The notes below the pieces were generated by a model. That model worked only from the letters and a program-made list of their open reading frames with translations, made no database searches and was not told where the DNA came from. The position numbers and the translations under genes were made by a program. Shown piece by piece: positions 39,121 to 57,865 of a stretch of 64,000 bases of DNA. Within the stretch, counting starts at the first letter, position 1. Each line of letters starts with the position of its first letter. Source of the stretch: the human T2T-CHM13v2.0 reference genome, Homo sapiens. Location of the stretch: the NCBI RefSeq assembly GCF_009914755.1, contig NC_060927.1; one strand, written 5' to 3'.

Positions 39121-40389
39121 GGTTCAGTCAATAAAATCACTATTCATAACAGAGATGGATAAAAATGTGAATAGTCCAATTAAATTAAATAGTAGTCAGA
39201 CTAATTAAATAGTCCAATTTTATTTGCAAATCCCTGTTCTGCCAAGGTAAAAAATGTAATATGAATTGAAGTGGTCCCCTATCCATTTCCATGGGGTTGT
39301 GCACAATTTGTAAGGGGATTACATGGGCACCCCATTAAGATGTCCATGTTCTCTGTCCACACAGCACCTGCAATGACAACTATTGTCCTTCCAGGTCTCT
39401 GTCAAGTGTTCACAAAGGCCACCAGAGGGACATTCTCTTCTAATCACAGGCGTCCTCCATCCAGTGAATCTCACCACTGTTTCTATCAGGTGCAATCCAC
39501 ATCATTTTGCAGCTCCTGCACCATGCTGGGGTCTGGACAGACTGTGTTGTTGGATGAGGCGTGGTCTGTCTCAACATGACTCTGCAGTCTTTCCTACCTG
39601 GAACAGGCACTAAGCCCCTTTTTCAAGACCCATCAACATCTGGACTCCTATTACCCCTCCTCCAACTCTCCTATATTTTCAGTTTAGTTCAGTGAATCAT
39701 TTCCTAGAAGGAAGAGTGGAGGGGACAGATAGGAGCCTTGCTCTTATCTTTAAGGTTTCTTACTCAAATATTTTATGCTGTATTAAGTCTGTGTGTTCCT
39801 CTGAGGGCCTAATTTTTTGAAACACAAAATCAAAGAGAAGCTTTTTTCTCTGCTTACTGTTTTCATATCACTTCCCCAAATCTATGAACCCCAAAAACAT
39901 AATTAGTTGAATTGGGGGAAAGAACTTAAAAAGGAGATGGGAATATATATATAAATAAGATAAGTTAAGGGTTCAAAATATCTCTCCCTTACACTAGTAT
40001 TGTGCCTGGTACATTGTTAGTGTGTAATAGGTATTTGTAAATTAAGAATTAATAATAATAAATGAATGAATACATATTCAGCATTGTCAGAAAACTGCAG
40101 TTAGGCAGGAAGTCCAGATTACAAATTAAGAGGGACAAGTTCTATTCTTTACCTTCCTGCTGAGTGCTTGATCCTCTACAGTTCACTTAATTATTCCATT
40201 TCGAGCCTTCACAATAGACACATATTTATGGTTGATTCTTCATAGATGTGATAGCCATGTTGCTGAGTTCTTTGAACTCCTTACAACAAAATATAAGAAT
40301 ATGATAGTTTATAGCCTTTTTACAGATCAGTTTATTATACTGTCTTCTCTATGAGCAGAATACTTTCAAGGATTTTTCCATTGAATTGT

Positions 40390-41677
40390 TTTATAAGTTT
40401 ACGCAAGTCCTTATGTGTTAGGTGAGTCTCTTGAAGGCAGCAGACGGTTGATTGGTGAATTCTTATCCATTCTGAAATTCTGTATCTTTTAAGAGGAGCA
40501 TTTAAGCCACTTACATTTAGTGTTAATATTGAGATGTGAGGTACCATTCCATTCATCACGCTATTTGTTGCCTGTATACCTTGGATTTTGCTTTTTTGTT
40601 TTTAGTTTTTAAATTGTATTTTTGTTTTATAGGTCCTGTGAGATTTATGCTTTAAAGAGGTTCTGTTTGATGTGTTTCCAGGATTTGTGTCAAGATTTAG
40701 AGCTCCTTTTAGCAGTTCTTGTAGTGTTGGCTTGGCAGTGGTGAATTCTCTCAGCATTTGTTTGTCTGAATAAGACTGTATCTTTCCTTTGTATATGAAG
40801 CTTAGTTTTGCTGGATACAAAATTCTTGACTGATAATTATTTTGCTTGAGGAGACTGAAGATAGGGCCCCAATCCCTTCTAGCTTGTATGGTTTCTGCTG
40901 AGAAATCTGCTGTTAATCTGATTTTCCTTTACAGTTTAACTGGTGCTTTTGTCTCACAGCTCTTAAGATTATTTCCTTCATCTTAACTTTAGATAACCTG
41001 ATGACAATGTGTCTAGGCAATGATCTTTCTGCAGCGAATTTCCCAGGTGTTCTTTGTGCTTCTTGTGTTGGATATCTAGGTCTCTAGCAAGGGCAGGGAA
41101 GTTTTCCTTGATTATTCCCCCAAATATGTTTTCCAAACTTTCAGATTTCTCTTCTTACTCAGGAACACCAGTTATTCTTAGGTTTGATCGTTTAACATAA
41201 TCCCAGACTTCTTGGAGGTTTTGTTCATATTTTCTTATTCTTTTTTCTTTGTCTTTGTTGGACTGGGTTAATTCCAACACTTTGTCTTCGAGCTCTGAAT
41301 TTCTTTCTTCTACTTGTTAAATTCTATTGCTGAGACTTTCCAGAGCATTTTGCATTTATATAAGTGTGTCCATTGTTTCCTGAAGTTTTGATTGTTTTTT
41401 ATGTATGTTATCTATTTCCTTGATTATTTCTCCCTTCACTTCTTGTATTGTTTTTTGGATTTCCTTACTTTGGGCTTCACCTTTCTCTGGTGCCTATCTG
41501 ATTAGCTTAATAGCTAACCTCCTGAATTCTTTTTCAGGTAAATCAGGGATTTCTTCTTGGTTTGGGTCCATTGCTGGTGAGTTAGAATGATTTTTTTGGA
41601 GGTGTTAAAGAACTTTGTTTTGTCTTGTTACCAGAGTTGGTTTTCTGGTTCCTTCTCATTTGGGTAGGCTCTGTCAT
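40390..41677 (-). mobile_element. L1P (L1PB-like) internal fragment: most of ORF1 plus start of ORF2
   Basis: ORF 40335-40559 reads as the ORF2 endonuclease N-terminus (HISILTLNVSGLNAPLKRYR...CCLQETHL); ORF 40602-40820 as the ORF1 C-terminus (YPAKLSF...DKQMLREF). Confidence 0.9.
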
Positions 41678-41739
41678 TTGGACACCCAAAAAGTGTCCAA
41701 ATACTGTTTAGGACTTTGAGTACAAAGGACACCACTGAC

Positions 41740-42880
41740 TGCTGGTAGAGTGCAATGGTGCTATCACCTTTAGAAAAATTTGATAGAAAAATTTGATCAC
41801 CTTTACAAAAATTTGTAAAATTGAGGTGATATATACCCATGGCCCAGTATTTCTACTTTGTATTAAGATCCCTGAAGAAACACACATATATATATGAACC
41901 AGAAAATGCATAAGAATGTTCATAGCATCATTTCTTTAAACACTTCCTGTCAACCATCCCAAAAAGAAAACAAAAATAAAAAACATAAACAGAAGACTAG
42001 GTAAATAAATTGTAGAATATTCACTCAATAAAATAGTATACAGCAGGGAAAATTAATGAACCAGAGCTATAACTTTCAATATGGATGAATCTCACAAATG
42101 CAATTAAGCAAAAACAAGCATATAAAGAGTGCAAATATTTGCAGACTATAGTTGTTCACAGACATTCTCGACTTTCCACTTTGTAATCAAATACCAATAT
42201 TATTTGGAAAATTCCTTCCCATAATAAAAGGGATCTTGCAGCTTGGTGTGGTGATGTGATTTAGTTCTAGAAAATGAGCTGCAAGTGGAAGTGATGATTA
42301 TGATTTTCAGGAACTTCATAAAGGGGTTTTACTGAGCTGCTAATGACCCTTTCTTTTGCCCTTCTACATTTTTCCCTTCTTCTAGCTCACAATGTGGACA
42401 TAATGATTGAAATTCTAGCAGCCTACTTTACACTAGAAGATTACTTTAAAAATGGAAACTGTGAGCTAGGATGATATAGAAAATAGGTACCTGGATTCCT
42501 AAATGCCACCATGAAAGCTCTGATTGGCCTACCTCCAGATTTCTCTAATGTGATAGAGGAATAAACTTGTATGTTGTTTAGATTACTGTCCTTTTGTTGT
42601 TTTCTGTTGTATCTATTTGTTTCTATTTATGTCTGATACAGATGTGCATAAAATACAGAGGTAAATAACATCTAAAAACATGTAAAGCAACTAGCATGTG
42701 GCAAAGGCATGGGAAAGCACACAACGGCAAACTACAAATTTAGGACAGTGGTTACTTGTGGGCTAGAATATAGCGGGAGAAGATGGGAGATGTATATCAA
42801 CTTCTATCGCATTTTGTTTTGTTTTATTCTTTATGCCTTTTTGTGTATCTTAAATACTAGCACAATATTGTTTAAGATGT
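41740..42880 (+). mobile_element. Old L1ME 3' fragment interrupted by an MLT1-like LTR (~42150-42640)
   Basis: aagaatgttcatagcatc, atggatgaatctcacaa; LTR part gaaaatgagctgcaagtggaagtg...ggaataaacttgtatgttgtttag...ctgataca. Confidence 0.6.
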
Positions 42881-43019
42881 TTAAACAGAAAAGGCCTCTG
42901 GAGTTCTTGGAGTATAAAGCATATGGAATTATCATTATGAACTCTGCATTCTATCTGCCCTTCTCAAAACTCCTTGGCCTCTGATGATCTGAGTTGAATA
43001 AACTGCTGATTCTCTTGGC

Positions 43020-43307
43020 TTTTTAATTTTATTTTCTGTTTTAGACAGAGTCTCACTCTGTCGCTCAGGCTTGGGTTCAGTGGTGCAATCTCGGCTCACT
43101 GCAACCTCCACCTCCAGGGTTTAAGTGATTCTCGTGCCTCAGCCACCTGAGTAGCTGGGATTACAGGCACCCAGTAATATTTGTATTTTTGGTAGAGAGG
43201 GAGCTTTGCCATGTTGGCCAGGCTGATCTTGAACTGGCCTCAAGTGATCTGCCTGTCTCAGCCCCCCAAAGTGCTGGGATAACAAGGGTGAGCCACTACG
43301 CCCAGCC
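43020..43307 (-). mobile_element. Alu
   Basis: Alu body with a shortened linker region. Confidence 0.92.
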
Positions 43308-44859
43308 TTGACTCTTCCTTGAAGGCCAAAACAGTCACTCTGCTTACTCCCTCTCCTCTAGCCTACTCTTGCCCCTCAAAGATATTCAGAACTTGCAGAG
43401 AAGGCTTTCTTCAGCCAAAAGTCTTTCCAGTTTTATAACACATTCATACTTCTTTTCCAAATGTCACCTCAGTCTGTGTTTCTAGAAAGGAAGGAGTAGA
43501 AGGAAAAGGCAGAGGGCCTCTATCATCTCTGTGCCTAGAGGTGGAGTTTGGTTCTACTTCACATTAAGCTTTCCTTTGTTCATATGGCATTATTCCAAAG
43601 GGCTGGCAAAGCAGTTTTGTTATGTGGCTGGTGCTTGGTGCTTGGCACATCGGGCTGCCATCTCCCCACCATGCTAAGAAGATGTCAAACATGGGGGGTG
43701 TTGAGGAGCATGCCAAGAACAGAATAGCTTCTACAATGACAGTAAACAATTTCCCCTCTGGAATGTTTCACAAATGGGCTGATGGGATTAGACAGCATGC
43801 CTTTCTTAGAAGACTTTATAGACACAATCACTTATATAAAGATGAAAGTGGTGTTTGGGGGAAAATGCCAAGTTGCAAATCTGAGGTGGAGAAGACATTC
43901 CATTAACCTTGTATCTACGAGGCTGTCTATTAATTTCAAATGATAAAGGGATGTCAGATAAAGCCAATTAGCATAAAACACTCCTACTCAGCTTTGCAGA
44001 CCTTCGACAAATAGCAGCAAGGATGAAGGACATTTGGGGATGGAGCTTTTCCAAGGGAATATTAAAAGTGATTATGTCTTCACTTTCTTTCATCTTGTGT
44101 TTTCTATGTGCTAAGTCCTAAGGAAACTACTAAGTGATTTCTTCAATCCATTCTTCTTCTTTTCTTTCCTTTATGATTTAATGCCCTGGATCTTTGCAGA
44201 AAAGAGACAAATGGTGGCATATTCTTCTCAGGAAGAAAACACATGATTACACCTGATGTCCAGAATGACTGGAAGTTCCTCTACCTGCTGGGGAGCTGCC
44301 AATTTGAAATTCTTGGTGCAATTGTAGTGATGAGATTTTTACCTGGGATTATTTCAGCACTTAAGAGTGAGGATTGAGGCATGGGTGAACACATACAAAT
44401 TTGGTTTGTGTGGTGGTGACTCTGTATTCCAAATATATCTGCAGGTATACTATTGCAGGTACATTTATGAGCATTCACCTTATGCTTGTCTCCAGGTAGA
44501 TCAACATGGGAGACACAGGAGGCATCTAAGGTATGAAACTTTTTACTGCTGTAAAGAACCTGGGAGCAAGGACCATGCCTTTCTCATCTCTGTTTCCCCA
44601 GTGCCTGATATGTAGTGGGTGCTCAGTTATAATTTTTGAGTGAATAGAGCCATAGACATCAAACAACTAAAAACATAAATGTTAATATTATATATAATAA
44701 CTACCAAAATGTGATATTGACCGTAAGAGCTATAGAAACTAAATAATTTAGAGAGACAATAATAATTACTATAGCTAGAATTTAATGAATGTGTTTTATA
44801 TACCATGTGCTTTTCTTAGTGGTTTACATTCTTTAACACATCACAAGAGGTAAATATTT

Positions 44860-45320
44860 GAATGACTTAAGGCAATGCTTCCTTCTCTAACAAATTCCAA
44901 AATGTCCAATGTCCAGTGGCTTCAACACAATGCAAGGTTTTTAATTAATCAATTTATTTTTTGTTGCTTCATGATCAGTATGAGTATTCCTGCAGGCAGG
45001 TAGGTTTTCCCCAAATGGAGATCCAGAGGGCCCAGGATCCTTCCATACCTTCTTGCGCTCTCATTTCTAATGTGTAGCTTCCTGGTATGTTCTGGGCACT
45101 GACATCAAGCTAGCAAATGAGGGAAGAACAGGTGGAGAAGGTGTGCCGACTTCCAAACCACATTAACAGAAAGCAACATACATCACTGCTGCTAACATTT
45201 TCATTGAAATAACCACATAGCCCCACATACATGCCAAAGGAGGCTAGGAAATGTAGTTCCTTGTCAGGCAACCACTTCACAGAATAATTCTACACTGTGG
45301 ATGGGGAACAAAAATCATTT
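44860..45320 (-). mobile_element. MLT1-like MaLR LTR
   Basis: cagtggcttcaacacaa...tttattt...catcactgctgctaacattt...aggctaggaaatgtagt. Confidence 0.55.
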
Positions 45321-45599
45321 GTCCTTGAGTATTTTTTTCATTTCCGTTTTGAGGTTGAAGACATTGATGCATAGAGAAGTCAAGCAACTTGCCTGAAATC
45401 AGAGTGGTGGAGTGTATTGTATTCCTTGGAAACATTCTCTGCCTTTCAAATCACTGCATATTCTTGGGTGTTTACTTTGTCGATAATTACGGATGCCTAT
45501 TGCTAAATCAGGCACTACTAGATGTAACAGGAAGATAATACAGAGATCAAATTAAACTGAAAAATAAAAGTTCATAAGGACTGTCCCATCCATGCAGCC

Positions 45600-45780
45600 T
45601 CTCCTCCCCAATCTTTGCCGGGAAATGTGTGGTTAGTTTTGATTGTCACACACACAGTGGTACTACTCTAATTTAGTGATCAAAGCCAGGGTTGCTAAAT
45701 GCCCTATAATGCCTAAGACAGTGTGATTCTGTGAAGAATTGTTCCATCCAAAAATCCAGTGGTGTCCCTATGTGGCACTA
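45600..45780. mobile_element. MER20-like hAT MITE
   Basis: ttttgattgtcaca...gccagggttgctaaatgccct...gaagaattgttccatccaaaa. Confidence 0.5.
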
Positions 45781-46679
45781 GACTAAGGCTGTCCCTTCTG
45801 AAATGTCCTCAAATGTCAGTGTGGAGAAAAGTTTGCTGAGAACAAACTAATCGAGTGGTTTAGTTGGAGTGTAGACTCTGGGGTTGGACCCTGACACTTA
45901 TAAGCTAGATTAGGGGAAGTTAGATTATGAAAACTGTTTAACTGAGAGAATGACTGAAGCGGATCAGGGAGCAGAAGGAAGAGAAAGCCTACTTGGAAAA
46001 GATTTAGTACTGTGTGGATACAGGCCAGGGTTACGGTAAGGAATAAGAGTGAGCCTCATTAGGCAGAGAGAGGCATAGGGAGTGAAGTTCAGACCCTGTC
46101 CCCTGGATGTTTCCAGTCTTGAATGGAAGCACGTGTAGCACCGCTGGAGGGAAAGGAAGAAGGCAACTGGGGCTTAAGAAGGATGAACAAAACACTATTG
46201 TGTTCTGAGGGTAAGAAGCCTCTTTCAGTTTTTTTTCATTCCTGTTCTTTTTTGTGTTCTCTCTCCATGAAGTGCTAGTTTGACCTCCCACTGAAGTGAG
46301 GCTCAGTGTCAAGACTCTGATGATGATTATTGCAACATCTGTGGAGCACTTACTGTGTGCCAGACAGGTGTGGTTCTAAGAGCTTTTGCTATGTTCTGTA
46401 CTTACAAAAGGGTGTCTCATTTAACCCAGCCTCTGGAGCTGTGTCTGGCACATGGTGGGAGGTGATTTATTAATTGGAAATAAAAGCATGAAGGCATGCA
46501 CGAGTGCGTCCTCACAATAATCTGCCCATTTGGTAGGCATTCTTTCTAGGTTAATAAAGATGAAGAAACTGAAACTGCTAAAGGTTCAGTAACTTGGCTC
46601 AAGTTAAATGGCATGATCCTAATTTCGATCTCAAAGACTGCAGCATGCTGAGCTGTGGGTGGAAAGTGTGAATAGGAAA

Positions 46680-47165
46680 CTATTAGTTTCCTATGGCTGC
46701 TGAAAGAAATTACTACTTGGTGGCTTAAAACATTCTCCCACAGTCCTGCAGGCCAGAAGACTCAAACGAGTTTTACTGGGCTGAAATCAAGATATTGAAG
46801 TGCCATACTCCTCCCCACAGCGCTGTTACCTCCTAGCCTCTTCCAGCTTCTGGTGGCTGCTGGCATCCCTTGGCTTGTGGCCACATCACTTCAGTCTCTG
46901 CTTCCTGCTCACATTGCCTTCTCCTCTTATATGCGGAAGCATGGAAGGGCCCTCTGCCTTTCTTTCTAAGGATGCTTGTGATTGCATTGGGTCCTACTGC
47001 TAACGCCGGAAAATCTCCTATCCCCAAATCTTTAATCACATCTGCAAAGTCTTTTTCTTTTTTCCTTCCCTAGAATATAAGGTAACTCTTCACAGGTTCC
47101 AGGCATAGTACCTGGATATCTTGGGATTAGGGATAGAGGGGGAGGGCATTATTCAGTCTACAACA
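46680..47165 (-). mobile_element. MLT1 (C/D-like) MaLR LTR
   Basis: tattagtttcctatggctgc...tggtggcttaaaa...cttccagcttctggtggctgctggcatcccttggcttgtggcc...taatcacatctgcaaagtc...attcagtctacaaca. Confidence 0.8.
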
Positions 47166-47196
47166 GAAAGCCTAGTTTTTTATTGTATGCAGTACA

Positions 47197-47198
<2 letters not shown>

Positions 47199-47237
<39 letters not shown>

Positions 47238-47239
47238 CG
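47199..47239. repeat. (GT)15(GC)5 alternating purine-pyrimidine tract
   Basis: Direct reading. Confidence 0.95.
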
Positions 47240-48370
47240 GGCACATGTGATTGTGTGAGCTTGTGCATACGACTACGTGTTTACGTGTAGTGTGTGTGAG
47301 TTCGGTGTACTGCAACTATGCGTGTGCAGCCCGTGTGTGAGTGGGAGTGCTTTGACTGCTGCAGGGTGTGAGCACAGAGGGAACGCAGCTTGCAGTGGCG
47401 GGGGGCCGGTCCTAGGCCAAGTTATCGTCCAGTCACCTGCAGGGGTCACTGTTTGGTCCCGTTGTCGTGCCATCCTCTGCCCTGGCTTGCCCTCTTCTCC
47501 GCATCTGTGGGCCGCGCGGTAAGCGCGAAGAAGCCGGCTGCTGCGTGGCACACGGGCAAACTGGCGGGCTTTGGCCTTGGGCGCGGCCCGCAGATGCGTG
47601 CAGCATGCGGGGCTGTGGAGCGCTTATTGGTTTTTCTGTGTGAATCTGGGGGTTTTCAAAGAAGGGACAAGGCTGGACAGGACCTTAAATCCTGCTCCAG
47701 GCGGAGGCAGCTGTTGGCCAAAGTCTCTCCACCCCCATCCCCAGTCGGCTGGGGAAAAAAACGAGGCGGGGTGGGGGAGGTCGTGTCCCAGGGGTCTGAC
47801 AGTGGAGCCAGGACGTCCGGGAGCTGACAATCTAAACGCGACCTGGGAAGGGGCGGTAGCGGGAGTGGCTGCTTCCTGGGAGGTGGTGCTCGCAAACCTG
47901 GCAGCTGACTGGGTGGGGCGTGCCTTCCCTGGCAGTCGCGGAGGGGAAGGCTGAGGGACCCGGTCCCCGCCCCGCGTGCTCAGGCTGAACAGCTTTTCTT
48001 CCCTGATCTCTCGGAGGCGCCGGCTGCTGGCCAACGCAGGGCAGCCTCCTGCGTGCGTGCTGTGGGTTTCTCCTTCAGTTTCCTCTCATTGCCTGAGGTT
48101 GGGCCCGAACACGGCGGTACATTTCCTTGAGGTTAGTAAACTGCCCCTGTGCCTCTCTGGATTTTGCATGGGTAATCTCGATATTCTTTCTGATGGGAAA
48201 CCTAAGACCACCTTTGTACAGAATGACCCCCAGTCCACTGTGAATCTCGCTCATGAGTGTCTGAAAGTACCGGCGCGGGGTGGGGGCAGAGATGGGGTGG
48301 TGGAAAATTCAGCTTCTCCGGCCCAGGGTGCCGGCCCAAGTGGACCAAACTTTGAGAACCGTGCCGTAGA
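47230..48370 (+). promoter_or_regulatory. SLC66A1L: CpG island promoter of SLC66A1L
   Basis: About 1.1 kb of high GC and CpG density; multiple GC boxes (gggcgg/ggggcg, ccccgccccg), ATTGG at ~47626, plus-strand donors at 47519 and 48132. Confidence 0.85.
47920..48131 (+). other. SLC66A1L: SLC66A1L non-coding exon 1; start approximate
   Basis: Donor TTGAG|GTTAGT at 48131/48132, just downstream of the GC boxes. Confidence 0.55.
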
Positions 48371-48659
48371 AACATGAGACTATCTTGAGGCCAGCAGGAC
48401 TCCTGGAGCTCTTTCTCCTTTGTAGAGCGCTTGGTGAGATGGGAAGAAAGGCTACTTTGCCCAGTGAGCCTGTGCAATGTTGTGTGACCTCATAAGAGCA
48501 TACCACTGCCAGTCCCTCCCCTCCGTGGCCTTATGATCTTGGGCAAGTCACTTAACCCCACCAAAGCCTGACTTTTCCCCTATCTCTGTGAGAACTGAAG
48601 ACAAATCTGAAAATATCGCATACAGTGCCTAGCACGTTGCAGGCACTCAATAAATGCTA

Positions 48660-48662
<3 letters not shown>

Positions 48663-48710
<48 letters not shown>

Positions 48711-48989
48711 TTGAGACAGAGTCTCACTCTGTCACCCAGGCTGGAGTTCAGTGGCACAATCTCGGCTCACTGCAACCTCTGCCTCCCGCTACCAGCCATT
48801 CTCCTGCCTCAGCCTCCCAAGTAGCTGGGATTACAGGTGTGCACCACCACACCGGCTAATTTTTAAATTTTAGTAGAGACAGTTCCACCATGTTGGCCAG
48901 GCTGGTCTCGAACTCCTGGCCTCAAGTCATCTGCCCGCTTTGGCCTCCCAACATGCTGGCATTACGGGCGTGAGCCACTGCACCTGGCC
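48663..48989 (-). mobile_element. Alu with long (ATT)n tail, adjacent to a MIR (~48520-48660)
   Basis: About 16 ATT units followed by the Alu body. Confidence 0.93.
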
Positions 48990-49652
48990 TAATCATATTA
49001 TTAAATTACATTGTCATCTTATTAAATAAGTCCTCATTGAATAGGGGTTTATTCAATGCATGGAAATAAGGAAAAAAGGTGGGAGATGGACAAGGGAGAG
49101 GTGTCATGGTTTAGATTTCATTCCTGGCCTGCAGGTACTTAACATCTATATGTGCTGAGAGAGGAGGCATCTCACCTGGTTGCCATTAATGGCATATGAT
49201 GGCAGTGGTGGGTACTTTCAGGGGACAGAGATGTACAGAAAGTGTGTGATTTTGTGTTGGCCTATTTAGATGGGAAGGTTTCCAGCACCAAAAGTGCTGC
49301 ATGGCTGATTCTCTGCATCATAAAGTGCTCAAGAAGAGTTTCCAGGCCAATAGCTCTCAAACACCCCTGCTTCACAATACTAAGAGCTACACCTAGCGTT
49401 ATCTGACTGCCAAAGTGGGACAGGCATGGTTGTCTTCCAAATTACAGGGGTAAAAATTAAGTTAACAAAGCTGTCTTATTTTTAAGTTTTCCTCACACAC
49501 ATTTCTTAATGCGTTGATGCTTCTTACAACTTATTGGCCTGTGAGTATGAACAGAGGGCAAAACGAGTGACCAAGGAGCAGATGACTTGGCAAGATTCAG
49601 AAGCAGCTGTGAGATGTGGTAACTCACATTTTTTTCATGTTCCAGCTTATGA

Positions 49653-49947
49653 TTTTTTTTTTTTTTGAGACAAAGTCTTGCTCTGTTGCCCAGGCTGGAG
49701 TGCAGTGGAGTGATCTAAGCTCACTGCAACCTCTGCCTCCTAGGTTCAAGCGATTCTCCTGCCTCAGCCTCCTGAGTAGCTAGAATTACAGGCGCATGCC
49801 ACCAGCCTGGCTAATTTTTGTATTTTTAGTAGAGACGGGATTTCACCATGTTGGCCAGGCTTGTCTTGAACTCCTGACCTCAAGTGATTCACCTGCCTCA
49901 GCCTCCCAAAGTGCTGGGATTACAGGCGTGAGCTACCACGCCTGGCC
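49653..49947 (-). mobile_element. Alu (S-type)
   Basis: Full Alu; degenerate TSD agcttatgattttt / agtttgtgattttt. Confidence 0.95.
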
Positions 49948-50319
49948 TTAGTTTGTGATTTTTATACTCCTCACTTGTGTGATAAAGTTACATATCATAT
50001 ATTTCATGGAGTTTCTCAGAGAGATTACCACAATTTTGAAGACTCTTCTTCCTAAACCCTATTGAGAGCTTCGGCTCTAGAATTGAGATATAAATGACTG
50101 CTTGAGAGACTATGATCCCTTCTTGACCGCTTGGGAAAGACTCAAACTCTCTGAGTCGCAGTTTAAGCATATATAAGTTATTCATAATAATTTCTACTTT
50201 TGTGAATATTAGAGAATATAGATACAAAGTATCTAAAATTATTGGCACACAAAACATGCTCAATAAACAGCCCAACTGACATAAACAAGAAAGTCCCCAA
50301 ATGACACAGTACGTGAACT

Positions 50320-50475
50320 ATAGCAGAGCTTCTCACACTTTAATGTACATAAGAGTCATCTGGAATCTTGTTAAAATGCAGATTCTGATTCTCCGTAGGT
50401 CTGGACTGGGGCATTGCTAACAAGCTCCCAGGTGACGCTAATGCTGCTGCTCTGTAGACCAATATCAGTAGCAAA
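50320..50475. mobile_element. MER5A-like hAT MITE
   Basis: cttgttaaaatgcagattctgattc...taacaagctcccaggtgacgctaatgctgctg. Confidence 0.8.
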
Positions 50476-50845
50476 GAACACAACTTTACTATATAGCAGC
50501 AGCACAGGTGATGGGTGTTGAGAGATGGGCTTGACCAAGCAGCACCTTGTGAGAAGCTCTAGGCAGGAGATACAGGATTCATAGAGAGGAGGTCAAGGTA
50601 TAAGGACCAATGTTGCATGTGGCAGTGGCTCTGTCTTTTAAATTGAATTTTACTCTTGAGTTCCCCAGGCTGATGGTTTTCTTTCCTTGCTGTTGATGTG
50701 GGTTGTGTATTGAAGTTAATGTAATTCCTAGCATTTCCTGTGCAGACTCCTCAGATGTTCTCTCCATATCACTGAGAAGGCTAGGATTTCTGAGGTTTGG
50801 CTCCAGCTGTCTGTAGGATATAGAAATAGGGAAGGAACCAGTCTT

Positions 50846-57069
<6,224 letters not shown>

Positions 57070-57658
57070 AAGGAACTAATCTTATTAAGTCCCTACTGTT
57101 TTCCAAGCACAGTATTGTTTGCTTTACATATGTTCTCACATTTACTCTTCACTCATAAATACGGGAATTGATGCTCAGGATTTCACTTAATAAAATCATT
57201 TGATAAAAAATGGCAGAGACAAAATTTTAACTAGATCTATGTCCTATCCCCAAATTAATGCTTTGCCTTCTAAACCTTGTTGCTTTATCATTCACATCTT
57301 TATAGAAATAATTTTCTTATGGCAGTTAAGTATTATTTGGTGCCTTATTAAAAGTAGAACCATGCCCTCCATTAATTCTGCTGAGCCATGTTGATGTTTT
57401 ATGCCAGATCATAAGGAAGGGGCAGAGTGGAGTATGGAAACAAGAGTATTATCTGACTTGGAAGACTTGGGGCCTGCTTTTCCCCTTGTTCTGACACTGA
57501 GAAAGAAACTGTTGTATTACTAAGATGGGGAAAGCCAACCACAGATATCTCAGATATGGCAGTATGATGGCTTTTCAGGAAAGGAGAGAAATTAACAAGA
57601 CAGAAAAGTTATCTGTAGCAGTTTAACAAATAGCTTTAATGAAGTGAGGAGCAAAAAG

Positions 57659-57661
<3 letters not shown>

Positions 57662-57694
<33 letters not shown>
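57662..57694. repeat. (TA)n microsatellite
   Basis: Direct reading. Confidence 0.95.
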
Positions 57695-57695
<1 letters not shown>

Positions 57696-57865
57696 TCCTT
57701 CAGCAAGTGGGCAAGGTAAGATTTAAAAACATTTTGAGTAAATAAGATGAATAGGAGACCAGAGATTCATACTGGGCCAGTTTACTAAGACACAGAGATC
57801 CATGCTTCCCATTTTGAAAATACTGTCTTCCTTACAGAGTCTTCTACATTCATGCTGTAGAAGCT

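Noticed and set aside
41763-41815. Short local duplications (atcaccttta/aaaaatttg; similar ones at ~18970, ~26678, ~39170, ~55937)
   Set aside because: Ordinary slippage duplications, mostly inside old repeats, with no higher-order organisation.
47273-48506. Cluster of overlapping 65-145 aa ORFs on both strands
   Set aside because: Expected from stop-codon scarcity in a CpG island; no recognisable domains, and many start at non-ATG codons.
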